Part shown: piece after piece, positions 11,181 to 21,443 of the stretch
Layout of the letters: each line of letters begins with the position of its first letter
Position numbering within the stretch: position 1 is the stretch's first letter
Sequence record: DRR378314_485
DNA length: 64,000 nucleotides
Direction: 5' to 3' (one strand)
Program-made: the position numbers and the translations under genes
Notes under the pieces: generated by a model
The model's input: only the letters and a program-made list of their open reading frames with translations
The model's database searches: none
What the model was told of the DNA's origin: nothing

Positions 11181-13001
11181 TTGAATTCTAATTCATCTGT
11201 TCAGTTTAACGAGCAAGGCGTACCCGTTTCCACTACTTTCGATGATATTTATTTTTCTGTCGAAAGCGGTGTTGACGAAAGTCAGTACGTATTTCTGGCG
11301 CAAAACGGATTACCCCGTCGCTGGCTGTCGCTACCGGCTCATTATAGCTTTACCATAGCCGAAACCGGGTTTGGTACAGGTTTGAACTTTCTTCTGACCT
11401 GGAAACGTTTTTTAGAGCAGGCACCTGCCAATACACGTCTCCATTTTGTCAGTTTTGAAAAGTTCCCTTTATCGCGCCAGCAACTTGAACAAGCATACCA
11501 ATTACTAGAACCAATAGCGGAATTCAGTCAGTCATTCCTGGAGCATTACCCGGCAACCGATCCCGGCTGTCATCGCATCATACTATCACAGGGCCGGGTC
11601 ATTCTGGATCTGTGGATAGGCGACCTCAATGAGCTACTGCCAGAATGGCTTCCACAGGCACAAAAGCAAATTGACGCCTGGTTTCTCGACGGCTTTGCTC
11701 CGGCGAAGAATCCAGAAATGTGGCAGCCAACACTTTTTGATGCCATGAAGCAAACCGCACATAGCGGAACAACCTTTGCTACCTTCACCGCTGCAGGCAG
11801 TGTCAAAAGAGCACTACAGCAAAACGGATTCGAGGTTCAAAAAGTAGCAGGCTTTGGTCGCAAACGAGACATGCTTTGTGGTCACTACCTTAGCGCCGAA
11901 GTTTGTCAGAAATATTACGATCGCCGCGATGTTACTATTATTGGCGGCGGCATTAGCGCGGCATGCTCTGCCCTTGCACTGAAGCATAGAGGCGTTAACG
12001 TCAGAGTCGTTAGTGCAGGTAGCGCCGACGGCGCATCCGGAAATCCTCAAGGAGCCGTTTACCCTCTGTTACACGCCGAGCATACGCCGCTCAGTCGCTT
12101 CTATTGGCAGGCGTTTTCTACAGCCACCAGCTTCTACCGTAATTTTTGTGACGACCACTGGTTTCCCGTGGGGGTTATGCAGCCAGCATTTAACGACGAC
12201 AGAGCCCGGCGTTATCAACGTATAGCCGATGAACTGTATGCGCCAGACACGGTACGCTATTTATCTCAGCCGGAAGCAGAACAAGAAGCAGGGGTTTCGC
12301 TGGCGGTTCCGGCGCTGCTTTACCCTAAAGCCGGATGGTTACGACCAGCGGCTGTGGTCAAAAGCCTTTTAGAAACAGCACAAATTGAGCTTATTGAAGG
12401 CGAAGCTAAGGCTTTGGAGAAAACTGAAAGTGGCAGTTGGCAGATATCACTAAAGGACGGAAGTTTGCTGGCCGCTGAGCGAGTTCTTATTGCCACCGGT
12501 CATCACATCAATGGGTTATTGCCGGAAAGCGTTAACCCCCTGCCAATACAACCAGTTCGCGGACAAGTCAGTCTGGTTCAAACAACACCGTTATTATCTT
12601 CACTAAAAACGGTTTTATGCTTTAAAGGGTATTTAGTTCCGGAAGATGGCAACCATCACTGTGTTGGCGCAAGCTTTAATCGCGACAGAGAGGATTTAGA
12701 ACCAACCCCCGAAGATGACGAAGAAAACCTGAAACAACTCGCTGAAAACGCGAAGCAGCCATGGGCTGAATCTCTGCAGTTAACATCCCAAAGAGTCTCG
12801 GTACGGGCGACCAGCCCCGATCACCAGCCTGTTACCGGAGCGGTTGCCGAAAACTTATATGTCATTACAGCGCTGGGGTCTCGGGGCTTCACTTCTGCCC
12901 CTATTCTGGCAGAAGTGATTGCCTGTCAGTTAACCGGAGAGTTAACGCCGTTAACTCAAGATGCTTTACGCCGCATCTCCGTTAGTCGCTTTAAGGGCTA
13001 A
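11181..13001 (+). CDS. mnmC: Bifunctional tRNA mnm5s2U34 methyltransferase/FAD-dependent oxidoreductase
   Basis: [44 protein letters not shown] motif, ASGNPQG, GSRG; divergent from fabB. Confidence 0.96.
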   Translation: MNSNSSVQFNEQGVPVSTTFDDIYFSVESGVDESQYVFLAQNGLPRRWLSLPAHYSFTIAETGFGTGLNFLLTWKRFLEQAPANTRLHFVSFEKFPLSRQQLEQAYQLLEPIAEFSQSFLEHYPATDPGCHRIILSQGRVILDLWIGDLNELLPEWLPQAQKQIDAWFLDGFAPAKNPEMWQPTLFDAMKQTAHSGTTFATFTAAGSVKRALQQNGFEVQKVAGFGRKRDMLCGHYLSAEVCQKYYDRRDVTIIGGGISAACSALALKHRGVNVRVVSAGSADGASGNPQGAVYPLLHAEHTPLSRFYWQAFSTATSFYRNFCDDHWFPVGVMQPAFNDDRARRYQRIADELYAPDTVRYLSQPEAEQEAGVSLAVPALLYPKAGWLRPAAVVKSLLETAQIELIEGEAKALEKTESGSWQISLKDGSLLAAERVLIATGHHINGLLPESVNPLPIQPVRGQVSLVQTTPLLSSLKTVLCFKGYLVPEDGNHHCVGASFNRDREDLEPTPEDDEENLKQLAENAKQPWAESLQLTSQRVSVRATSPDHQPVTGAVAENLYVITALGSRGFTSAPILAEVIACQLTGELTPLTQDALRRISVSRFKG

Positions 13002-13262
13002 CTTATCCAATACATTGTTAATGTGAGTCTGGTCAGCCGGAGACAACTCATGCCGCGTTTTGTGAACTGCCTCACGCAAAGCCGGCATAATTCTCTCCGG
13101 TTGAGTCTCACCAGCCATTTCCAGTTGCGCAACGACTAAGTCGAAATGCCCGCGCAAATAACCGCAGGCAAATAGCTCGTCATCTGTGCCGGAAACCACC
13201 GCATCATCGAATACGGTTTCAAGTCGTTCCACTAATTGATCAAAGTCCGTACGAGTTCCCAT
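12966..13262 (-). CDS. yfcL: YfcL family protein
   Basis: DDELFACGYLRGH and ELSPADQ motifs; convergent with mnmC as in enterobacteria; start at ATG 13262 preferred. Confidence 0.8.
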   Translation of the reverse strand: MGTRTDFDQLVERLETVFDDAVVSGTDDELFACGYLRGHFDLVVAQLEMAGETQPERIMPALREAVHKTRHELSPADQTHINNVLDKLALKATNGDAA

Positions 13263-13361
13263 CTGCAGTTTCCCGTTGAAAAACAAAGGCGCTCATTCTA
13301 ACGGTCTTTTTGTTACAATGCATCCGCATCAAAGACTCAACCTATGACAGAGGTAGTTATT

Positions 13362-13889
13362 ATGTCCCTGGAAATTGGCTTGTTTTACGGCTCTACCACT
13401 TGCTATACCGAAATTGCTGCAGAAAAAATTCAGCAAGCCATTGGCGAGGACATTGTTCAGCTGTTTGATATAAAAAATACCCCGCTAAAAGAAGCTGAGC
13501 AATTTGATATTCTTATTTTTGGTATTTCCACCTGGGATTTTGGCGAACTTCAGGAAGACTGGGAAAGCCATTGGGACGACATAAATGACGTGAACCTGCG
13601 CGGTAAAGTTGTTGCGCTGTTTGGAATGGGTGATCAGGAAGGTTATACCGACTGGTTCCAGGACGCTCTGGGCATGCTGCACGATGCCATAGCCAACCAC
13701 GGCTGCAAGCGCATTGGTTTTTGGCCAAATCAGGGCTACGAATTTGCCGCCTCCAAAGCGTTAACCGCAGATAACACTCAGTTCGTCGGTTTATCACTAG
13801 ATGAAGACTCCCAATATGAGCTATCAGATGAACGTATTGAACAATGGACGACGCAAATTTTAGAAGAAATTGCCGAACAATTAGGATAA
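13362..13889 (+). CDS. fldB: Flavodoxin FldB
   Basis: IGLFYGSTTCYTE, GISTWDFGELQEDW, GDQEGY, FVGLSLDE. Confidence 0.93.
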   Translation: MSLEIGLFYGSTTCYTEIAAEKIQQAIGEDIVQLFDIKNTPLKEAEQFDILIFGISTWDFGELQEDWESHWDDINDVNLRGKVVALFGMGDQEGYTDWFQDALGMLHDAIANHGCKRIGFWPNQGYEFAASKALTADNTQFVGLSLDEDSQYELSDERIEQWTTQILEEIAEQLG

Positions 13890-13894
13890 TAAAA

Positions 13895-16297
13895 ATGCAA
13901 AGCTTTCTTTCAAAAACCCTGCTGTTACTCGCTTTGTTGATGTCGGTAACGGCCCAGGCAAAAACCGAAGCTCCCGGCATTGACGAGTTCACTTCGTCAT
14001 TTCAGGAGCACCCCGGTTTTTTCACCTTTTACCACGATGAAACTAGTGCAAAGTTTTATCTGGAAGTGCCGAGGCAAGGATCACAGTTTATTTTTCAAAC
14101 CAGTCTTCCCTGGGGGTTAGGTTCTAATGATGTCGGGCTGGACCGCGGGCAACTGGGTGAAACTCGGTTAGCATCATTTCATGTTGAAGGAAATAAGGCG
14201 TTATTGGTTCAACACAATACCGAGTTTCGTGCACAAACGCGGAATCAGGCTGAACGCAGCAGTGTCGATCAAGCGTTTGCCGACGCCGTGCTTTATGGTT
14301 TTGACGTTGTTGCGAGCAACGATGAACGTGTGTTAATCGACTACACCCCTTACTTGTTGAGCGATGTGCACGGTGTTAGTAAGCGCTTACAGCAAACCGA
14401 GCAAGGACAATTTAAGGCCGATACAAGCCGCTCAGTCATTTACCCTGAACGTAGCAAAGCCTTTTCAGAAAATACGGAGCTGGAAGCGAAAGTCACTTTT
14501 GTCGGTGACGGAAAAGGGCAGTGGATAAATCAGGTTGCGGCCAACGCCGATGCACTTTCTTTGCACCTGCACCACTCCTTTATAAAGCTACCTGACGCCG
14601 GATACCAACCCCGGAAATTTCATCCAAACAGCGGTTTTTGGGCTCACAGCTTTAAAGACTACGCAGCACCTCTTGGCGAATCGATGACAGTGCAATATAT
14701 CCCGCGTCACCGGTTGAATAAGAAAGACCCTATTGCCTCACAAAGTGAAGCGCGTGAACCTATTGTTTATTATCTTGACCCAGGTGCACCGGAACCTGTC
14801 AAAACGGCACTGCTTGAAGGTGCCCGCTGGTGGGCTCAGGGCTTTGAAGCCTTAGGTTTCGAGAATGCTTTTCAGGTAAAAGTTCTGCCCGACGGTGCTG
14901 ACCCTATGGATGTGCGCTACAACGTTATTCAGTGGGTTCACCGGGCAACCCGTGGCTGGTCTTACGGCTCGTCGGTAATAGACCCTCGTACCGGCGAAAT
15001 CATTAAAGGTCATGTCACCCTGGGATCGCTGCGTGTTCGCCAGGATATGAAAATAGCCGAAGGCTTGTTGACGCCTTTTATCGAAGACCGCAGTGAACTT
15101 AAAAGCGCGGTAAAAAATATGGCTCTGGCTCGTATTCGCCAATTAAGTGCACACGAAATAGGCCATACCTTAGGAATAGCTCATAATTTTGCTGCCAGCA
15201 CGTCAGACAGAGCTTCCGTTATGGACTACCCTCACCCGCTGGTAAACCTGACAACCGATGGCGGTTTAAGCCTAAGCAACGCTTATACAGAAGGCTTAGG
15301 AGTATGGGATAAGCAAGTTCTGGCTTATGGGTACAGTGACTTTGGCGGTATGCCATCGTCTGACGAGCAACTCGCCCGTATTCTGGATGAAAATAAAACG
15401 CTCAATCTCAGCTTCATTTCAGACAGAGATGCACGCCCTGCCGGTGGTGCTCACCCTCAGGCACATTTATGGGATAACGGCAGCGAACCTGTTACCGAGC
15501 TTGAACGCCTGCTTTCAGTGCGCCAGCAAGTGCTGGATAACTTCAGCAAGGACATGCTGAACAGCGATCAGCCATTAAGCCAGTTACAATCGATCTTTGT
15601 GCCTATTTACTTGCTGCACCGGTACCAAACAGAAGCCGCAATAAAATGGTTAGGCGGCGTTAACTACCATTACTATATGGCTGACGACTCTACGGACGAC
15701 TACCAGCCGGTAGGGGCCGCCAGACAACAAGCGGCTCTTAAACAGTTGTTAAAAACCATTCAGGCAGATACTTTGCGTGTGCCTTCACATATTAAACAAT
15801 GGCTGGTTCCGTCGGCTTACGGTGAAAGCTCATCGCGCGAGAACTTCAGTGGTAAAACAGGGCTAATACCCGATACCGTCAGCATGGCTGCCAGCGCCGC
15901 GGATCACAGTTTAAGTTTGATGTTAAACAGCCAGCGTCTGAACCGGTTAGCACAACAACACGCGGACAATGACCGAGTGCCTTCTCCGGCCGGACTGATG
16001 ACAGCTATTTTCAATACCGTTTTCAGCGACTGGGAAAACGCAAAGAAAGCCCCGGTTCAGCAGCGCTTGCTGGCAACAGCTATCAACGCCGAAGTAAGAG
16101 CGGTAAAAAATTCGGGACTGGCTGCAGAAACCCGGTTAGTTATGCGAGCTGAGCTTGCTGAGCAACAACAGAAGCTTGCCAAGTCCGACTCACTACTCGT
16201 AAAGCAATTGGCAAAAGATTTAGATAAATTCTTAAACGAAGGGGAATGGCCGGAACAATACGAACCCGAGCCGTTACCGCCGGGTTCGCCAATTTAA
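13895..16297 (+). CDS. Secreted zinc metalloprotease (Met-zincin, DUF5117/DUF4953-type architecture)
   Basis: Signal peptide from ATG 13895; HEIGHTLGIAH zinc motif; Met-turn SVMDY; DPRTGEIIKG. Confidence 0.88.
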   Translation: MQSFLSKTLLLLALLMSVTAQAKTEAPGIDEFTSSFQEHPGFFTFYHDETSAKFYLEVPRQGSQFIFQTSLPWGLGSNDVGLDRGQLGETRLASFHVEGNKALLVQHNTEFRAQTRNQAERSSVDQAFADAVLYGFDVVASNDERVLIDYTPYLLSDVHGVSKRLQQTEQGQFKADTSRSVIYPERSKAFSENTELEAKVTFVGDGKGQWINQVAANADALSLHLHHSFIKLPDAGYQPRKFHPNSGFWAHSFKDYAAPLGESMTVQYIPRHRLNKKDPIASQSEAREPIVYYLDPGAPEPVKTALLEGARWWAQGFEALGFENAFQVKVLPDGADPMDVRYNVIQWVHRATRGWSYGSSVIDPRTGEIIKGHVTLGSLRVRQDMKIAEGLLTPFIEDRSELKSAVKNMALARIRQLSAHEIGHTLGIAHNFAASTSDRASVMDYPHPLVNLTTDGGLSLSNAYTEGLGVWDKQVLAYGYSDFGGMPSSDEQLARILDENKTLNLSFISDRDARPAGGAHPQAHLWDNGSEPVTELERLLSVRQQVLDNFSKDMLNSDQPLSQLQSIFVPIYLLHRYQTEAAIKWLGGVNYHYYMADDSTDDYQPVGAARQQAALKQLLKTIQADTLRVPSHIKQWLVPSAYGESSSRENFSGKTGLIPDTVSMAASAADHSLSLMLNSQRLNRLAQQHADNDRVPSPAGLMTAIFNTVFSDWENAKKAPVQQRLLATAINAEVRAVKNSGLAAETRLVMRAELAEQQQKLAKSDSLLVKQLAKDLDKFLNEGEWPEQYEPEPLPPGSPI

Positions 16298-16315
16298 ATG
16301 AAAGATCAGAGCCGC

Positions 16316-16714
16316 TTAAAGCGGCTCTGGAAAATCGTCTAACTGCTCTTTGGTTTTGCCATGAGGCGTTGGCTGACGAGTTTCCGGATCAATATGTACG
16401 AAAACAATATCATCAGCTGAACAAATATTTTGCTTGGTGTGCTTATTGCGTACCAGACAAGTAATCGCTAACGACGTGCGTCCCACAGATTTCACCTGCA
16501 GACCAAATTCAACAACATCGCCCTGAAACGCCGAAGTTTCAAAGGTAATAGCACCAATATGCTTAGTTACCAGGCTTTTTGCCCCTAACTGGCAACTGGC
16601 AAAGATATAAGCTTCTTCGTCAATCCATTCTAAAATACGGCCACCAAATAACGACCCGGCAAAGTTCAAATCATTTGGCATAACCAGTCGGCGAGATAAA
16701 AAGCGCATAGTCAC
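16316..16714 (-). CDS. Acyl-CoA thioesterase, hotdog fold (YciA-like)
   Basis: VMPNDLNFAGSLFGGRILEWIDE, VGRTSL, FVHID. Confidence 0.88.
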   Translation of the reverse strand: MTMRFLSRRLVMPNDLNFAGSLFGGRILEWIDEEAYIFASCQLGAKSLVTKHIGAITFETSAFQGDVVEFGLQVKSVGRTSLAITCLVRNKHTKQNICSADDIVFVHIDPETRQPTPHGKTKEQLDDFPEPL

Positions 16715-16748
16715 TCCTTGTTCATGGAAGATATGTACATATTATAAC

Positions 16749-18980
16749 CTATTGTTCGCCAATGGTTTGTTGAAAAAATTGAGCAATCATTGAATATAAA
16801 TGAATTTTTGTATTACGCCCGTTAATAGAATGCTTTTTCCCCGGGTAATTCATCATTTCAAAAGCCTGAGCGTTGTCCTGCAATTGCTTATACAGCTTCG
16901 TGCTATGAGTAAACAAAACATTGTCATCCGCCATTCCATGATAAATCAGTAAATCACCTTTTAAGTTATCGCTGTATGGAAAAACCGATGAGTTTTCATA
17001 GACATTACCATCACCCGGCATGCCCATAAAACGTTCGGTGTAATGCGTATCATACAAACGCCAGTCGGTTACCGGTGCGCCAGCCACTCCAGCCTTAAAA
17101 TATTCAGGTGCTTTAAACATAGCCAGCAGCGACATGTAACCGCCGTAACTGTGACCATATATACCGATGCGCTTTGGGTCGACATAAGGCAGGCTGGTTA
17201 AATACTTAACCCCAACCACCTGATCATCTACTTCCGGACTCCCCATATTTTTATAAATAGGTGCCTCAAAACGCTTTCCCCTATTCGCCGAACCGCGGTT
17301 ATCCAGAGTGAAAACAATAAAGCCCTGTTGAGCCATATATTGAACAAAACCACTGCCCCAGCTTTTGGTTACTCGCTGCGCTCCGGGACCGCCATAAACA
17401 TACACCAGCACCGGATATTTTTTTTCTGCATCAAAATCTCCTGGCTTGGTCATTTTGTAATAAAGCGTCTGCCCGTCTTCAGCTTTTAGCTCACCGAACT
17501 CAGGGTAACGCCAGTTTCTCAAGTAAGGAGACAGTGGATGCTCATCTGTCACTTCGTTTTCAGCCAACCACACCAAATGATTACCAGTTGGCCCGTGCAA
17601 ACTTACTTGTTTGGGCTGCTGAGGCGATGAGTAGGTGTCCAGATACAAGCGCACATCGGCATCAAATTCAATATGGTGCATACCTTCACGCGTTGTAATG
17701 CGCGTTGGGTTGGCCGCAGAACTTGCATTTAGCTGAGTACGATACAGGTGAGATTCTAGTGGTGATTTTTTCCGGGCGGTAAAGTACAGCGTGCCAGTAC
17801 TTTCATCAATAGCTTCCAGTTCATCTACTTGCCAATCGCCAGAACTCAATTGACGAATTAACGATCCGTCCAGGCGATATAAATAAAGATGTTTGAAACC
17901 GCTTCGTTCAGATGCCCAAATGAAATGCTTATTATCATTTAAGAAATACAAGTCATCGTGCAGATTCAGCCAGCTATCTGAGGTTTCTGTCAACAACTCA
18001 CGCTGGGTTTCACTTGTTCGACTATAAAGCCAAAGCGTCAGTGCTTGCTGATCTCTGCTTTGCCATTGATAACTCAAACGTTTGCTGTCACCAACCCACT
18101 TAACCCGGGCTAAATACCCATCATTTAGCTTATCCAGCTGCAGCCAATTGGTCTGTTTATCAGCAATTTGATATACCCCAAGGTCAATCTCTACGTTGTC
18201 GCTTCCGGCGAACGGATAACGCTGTTGTATGGTTTCAATTCGGTCCGCGTATATCTCACTGCGGGTAGCGAGAGGCACAGGACTTTCATCAACTTTGGTT
18301 AACGCAATAGCCGACTCATCCGGAGCCCACCAGTAACCGGTCATGCGCTTCATTTCTTCCTGGGCAACAAACTCCGCCATACCAAACTTAAGCGTGTTAC
18401 CGCCTTCGGTTGTAACCGCATGTTCTTCACCACTGGCAAGGTCAATAAAGTACAAATTCTGTTCGCGGACAAAAGACACGTAGCTGCTTTTTGGCGAGAA
18501 CTTAACGTCAGTTTCAAAAGCATCCGTTTTTGTCAGCTGAGTCACTTTTTCTTCGTCAGTCTGGTAATAAAAAACATCACCGTTATAGGGAAAAAGCAGC
18601 GCATCCCCTTTTGCTGACCAGCTGTACTCAATTATGCCACTGCCGCTAATGCGTTGACGTTCCCTACGGGCTTTCTCTTCGTCGGATAATTCAAGCTCAC
18701 TGGCAGCTATCTGGTCTGCCGCAACTAACAATTTATGTGTCTCGGCCTCGATATCGTATAACCAGAGATCATAACGTTGCGGCTCTTCCTTACTGCCTTT
18801 TAAGTATGAAAGGTATTGCCCGCCGGGCGCAAACTTTAACGATTTTGGTGTTTCCCCCGTAAGACTGGGGCCACTAAACAAACGTTCTACGGTTAACTCT
18901 TCGGCAAAAACAGAGAGACTAAAAAAGCTAAAAACAATAATAGCAATCGCCTGAATACGACGATTAAAATGAAAAGGCAT
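16749..18980 (-). CDS. Dipeptidyl peptidase IV (S9B family)
   Basis: Signal peptide, beta-propeller with EFVAQEEM and WWAPD, GHSYGG nucleophile, ADDNV, KKHSI; start at ATG 18980 preferred. Confidence 0.93.
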   Translation of the reverse strand: MPFHFNRRIQAIAIIVFSFFSLSVFAEELTVERLFSGPSLTGETPKSLKFAPGGQYLSYLKGSKEEPQRYDLWLYDIEAETHKLLVAADQIAASELELSDEEKARRERQRISGSGIIEYSWSAKGDALLFPYNGDVFYYQTDEEKVTQLTKTDAFETDVKFSPKSSYVSFVREQNLYFIDLASGEEHAVTTEGGNTLKFGMAEFVAQEEMKRMTGYWWAPDESAIALTKVDESPVPLATRSEIYADRIETIQQRYPFAGSDNVEIDLGVYQIADKQTNWLQLDKLNDGYLARVKWVGDSKRLSYQWQSRDQQALTLWLYSRTSETQRELLTETSDSWLNLHDDLYFLNDNKHFIWASERSGFKHLYLYRLDGSLIRQLSSGDWQVDELEAIDESTGTLYFTARKKSPLESHLYRTQLNASSAANPTRITTREGMHHIEFDADVRLYLDTYSSPQQPKQVSLHGPTGNHLVWLAENEVTDEHPLSPYLRNWRYPEFGELKAEDGQTLYYKMTKPGDFDAEKKYPVLVYVYGGPGAQRVTKSWGSGFVQYMAQQGFIVFTLDNRGSANRGKRFEAPIYKNMGSPEVDDQVVGVKYLTSLPYVDPKRIGIYGHSYGGYMSLLAMFKAPEYFKAGVAGAPVTDWRLYDTHYTERFMGMPGDGNVYENSSVFPYSDNLKGDLLIYHGMADDNVLFTHSTKLYKQLQDNAQAFEMMNYPGKKHSINGRNTKIHLYSMIAQFFQQTIGEQ

Positions 18981-19065
18981 GATGCAAGATCCAACGATGA
19001 GTTTATTACCACTTATATTAACAAAGTTCGGGATAAAAATCGGTTGGCTGCGGTGAAATAACACG

Positions 19066-19099
19066 AAAACGCTACCGCCGAATTACGACGATAGCGTTA
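19066..19099 (-). terminator. Intrinsic terminator downstream of the TonB receptor
   Basis: Minus strand AACGCTATCGTCG-TAATT-CGGCGGTAGCGTT followed by a T-rich tract; pairing works with G-U on this strand. Confidence 0.7.
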
Positions 19100-19119
19100 T
19101 TTTCGGGAGGGCTGTTCAA

Positions 19120-21267
19120 TTAGAAGCTAATAGAAACGCCAGCCTGGAAACGACGACCGGTAACAGGTGCGTCATCTTTTATAAAGGAGCTGTGAACAAA
19201 ACCTAGCTGATCTGTCAGGTTTTCACCTTTCAGATAAAGCGTAGCACCGTAGTTTGCTAACCACTCCGGGTAAAAATTGACGCGGGCGTTCAGTAAGCCA
19301 TAAGCATCGGTTACGGTCTCATTCTGCCCTATTTTATCCTGTTCCATGTAGCGCGTATAACCGATAGCACCATCCCAGCCAACGGCCTGATAACGCACTT
19401 CTGTACCAATGCGTTGCGCCGGAATTCGCGGTAAATCATCGCCATCACGCTGTTTTGCACGGGTATAGTCACTAAAGCCATGAAGTGACCAATGCTCTGC
19501 AAATTTCCAGTCTAACTCAAGTTCGTAGCCATAGAGCTCGGCGTCAACTTGTTTAAACTGAACCACTTGCAGACCGTCGTGATCATGCTCGTGCTCTTCT
19601 TCATGGGCATGTTCATCGTGGTCATGGTCTTCATCACCATGCAATTGTTCACTGTTGAGGCCAATAAAATCATCGTAAATGAAATCATCAACGCGATTGT
19701 AGAACACGTTCAAATTTGCATGAAAGCTGTCATTTTCATAATGCAACCCGACATCAATGTTGTTTGACGTTTCGGTTTTAATTGCCACATCGTTTGGCTC
19801 AACATGATACTCGTCAAGCTCTTCTTCATGTAGTTCGTAACCCAGGCCAAGTTCATAAGTACGGGTTGCAAAGTGATTCCCGTTAGCAAAGACTTCATTT
19901 GCAGCAGGAGCTCTTTCTGCATGACTGAGGTTAAATGAAACCGAGGTGTGATCACTGAAGTGGTAGAGATAACCGGCAGACGCTGAAGTGGCATCAATGG
20001 TATCCAGTTTGCGCTCCTCACTGGAAAGCGATGTGCGCTCGTGACGAACACCTAAATCAACGTGATGAGAACCAAATTCCTGTTCTACGACCCAGAACAA
20101 GCCCTGAGTACGACGCGAGGTATTCGGCGTAAAGGCTTCTTCTCCAAAAGCCGCTTTATCGCTGATGTCCCACTGCCAGCCGACAGCACCTTTCCACCCT
20201 GCAATTTCTTTATGCTGACCAATCAGTCGTATCTCTTTTTGCTCATTTTCAAATTGAGTTGCAACGAAATTGTCTTCAATTTCCTGATGCTGGTAGTCAG
20301 TTAAAGCGGCGCGAAAATCTAAGCGGTTAAAGCCACTGAATGGATTACGCCACTGACCGGCAAATTGAATACGTTCCTGCTCCAGGTCTGCATAAGGGCC
20401 GGCCTCTGCGTGTTCATGCTCGTCTTCATGACCCGGCTCTTCCTCATGCTCATCTTCTTCCTCACCATGACCGTGGTCATGACCGGGAATACCGTATTCC
20501 TGATAGAGTCCCTGGTAAGACACGCCGAAAAAGCCATCATCGAACTGGTAGCTGGCGCCAATGGTGCCACCCTGAGCGTCAATGAACGAGTTCTCAACAT
20601 GGTCTACCGTTTCACCTTCGTCATTCGTAAAGGATGGCGTCTCATAATCATTTGCGCGGCGAATAAAAGCATCGGTATAAAGTGCCCAGCGACCATTGCC
20701 TATTTGCAAGTCGTAAGAGCCTTCTTTGTTATCATTATTGGTAGAGGCTGACACATTTGCATTACCTTGAATGCCGTAAACAGGCTCAGAAGGGATCCGG
20801 TTGTCGACCACGTTAATTACGCCACCAATTGCCCCACTACCGTAAAGCAAAGTTGCCGGACCTCTTAATACCTCAATTTGTTGTGCTGTACTGGTTTCCG
20901 TTGTTACTGCATGGTCGGGACCACCACGGGATACGTCACCAGTATCAAGACCATTTTGAGTGATTTTCACTCTTGGTCCGCCCAGTCCACGAATAATGGG
21001 GCTACCAGCGACATTCGCAAAGTGAGTGTTATTGATGCCCGGTTCCATTGCCAGAGTTTCCCCCAGACTATGAGCATTCTTTTGCTTAAGCGCGTCACCG
21101 GAAATAATATTGACCGGCTGTGCTGATTCAAGCGCTGTCTTATCCAGCGGGCTTGCATTAATAACAATGACTTCATAGTCATTAATGTGTTCATGTTCTT
21201 CTTGCTGTTGCGCATGCGCGACGGTACTTGTTGCCAGTAATGCAAGAGTTAACGCATTCAGTTTCAT
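19120..21267 (-). CDS. His-rich TonB-dependent receptor, ZnuD-like (zinc uptake)
   Basis: Plug motif IEVLRGPATLLYGSGAIGGVINV, C-terminal F, two His/Glu-rich loops, GGAG RBS before ATG 21267, upstream Zur box. Confidence 0.88.
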   Translation of the reverse strand: MKLNALTLALLATSTVAHAQQQEEHEHINDYEVIVINASPLDKTALESAQPVNIISGDALKQKNAHSLGETLAMEPGINNTHFANVAGSPIIRGLGGPRVKITQNGLDTGDVSRGGPDHAVTTETSTAQQIEVLRGPATLLYGSGAIGGVINVVDNRIPSEPVYGIQGNANVSASTNNDNKEGSYDLQIGNGRWALYTDAFIRRANDYETPSFTNDEGETVDHVENSFIDAQGGTIGASYQFDDGFFGVSYQGLYQEYGIPGHDHGHGEEEDEHEEEPGHEDEHEHAEAGPYADLEQERIQFAGQWRNPFSGFNRLDFRAALTDYQHQEIEDNFVATQFENEQKEIRLIGQHKEIAGWKGAVGWQWDISDKAAFGEEAFTPNTSRRTQGLFWVVEQEFGSHHVDLGVRHERTSLSSEERKLDTIDATSASAGYLYHFSDHTSVSFNLSHAERAPAANEVFANGNHFATRTYELGLGYELHEEELDEYHVEPNDVAIKTETSNNIDVGLHYENDSFHANLNVFYNRVDDFIYDDFIGLNSEQLHGDEDHDHDEHAHEEEHEHDHDGLQVVQFKQVDAELYGYELELDWKFAEHWSLHGFSDYTRAKQRDGDDLPRIPAQRIGTEVRYQAVGWDGAIGYTRYMEQDKIGQNETVTDAYGLLNARVNFYPEWLANYGATLYLKGENLTDQLGFVHSSFIKDDAPVTGRRFQAGVSISF

Positions 21268-21308
21268 AACCACTCCAGTTAACGTTGTTTCAGATTAACG
21301 CCATCTCG

Positions 21309-21331
21309 TTATTGTAATAATATAACATTAC
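21309..21331 (-). promoter_or_regulatory. Zur binding site
   Basis: Minus strand GTAATGTTATATTATTACAATAA versus gammaproteobacterial Zur consensus GAAATGTTATAnTATAACATTTC; overlaps the -10 of a TTGCAA-N17-TAATGT promoter. Confidence 0.8.
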
Positions 21332-21443
21332 AAAATCTTGATGCGTTTTGCAACACTCTTTCAACTATCCACTCTGGTTGTCTGTTATCTGCTGCGGTAC
21401 ACTAGCTTCGCTATTACGATAAAAATAAAACCAAGGACATGAT

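Noticed and set aside
12966-13001. Convergent 3' overlaps (mnmC/yfcL 36 bp, also OlsF-like/lpxH 19 bp) as signs of frameshift or pseudogenes
   Set aside because: All four proteins keep their C-terminal motifs, and short convergent overlaps are common in compact genomes.
20319-20751. Repetitive-looking alternative ORFs inside the TonB receptor
   Set aside because: They are explained by His/Glu/Asp codon runs and are not a DNA repeat array or separate genes.
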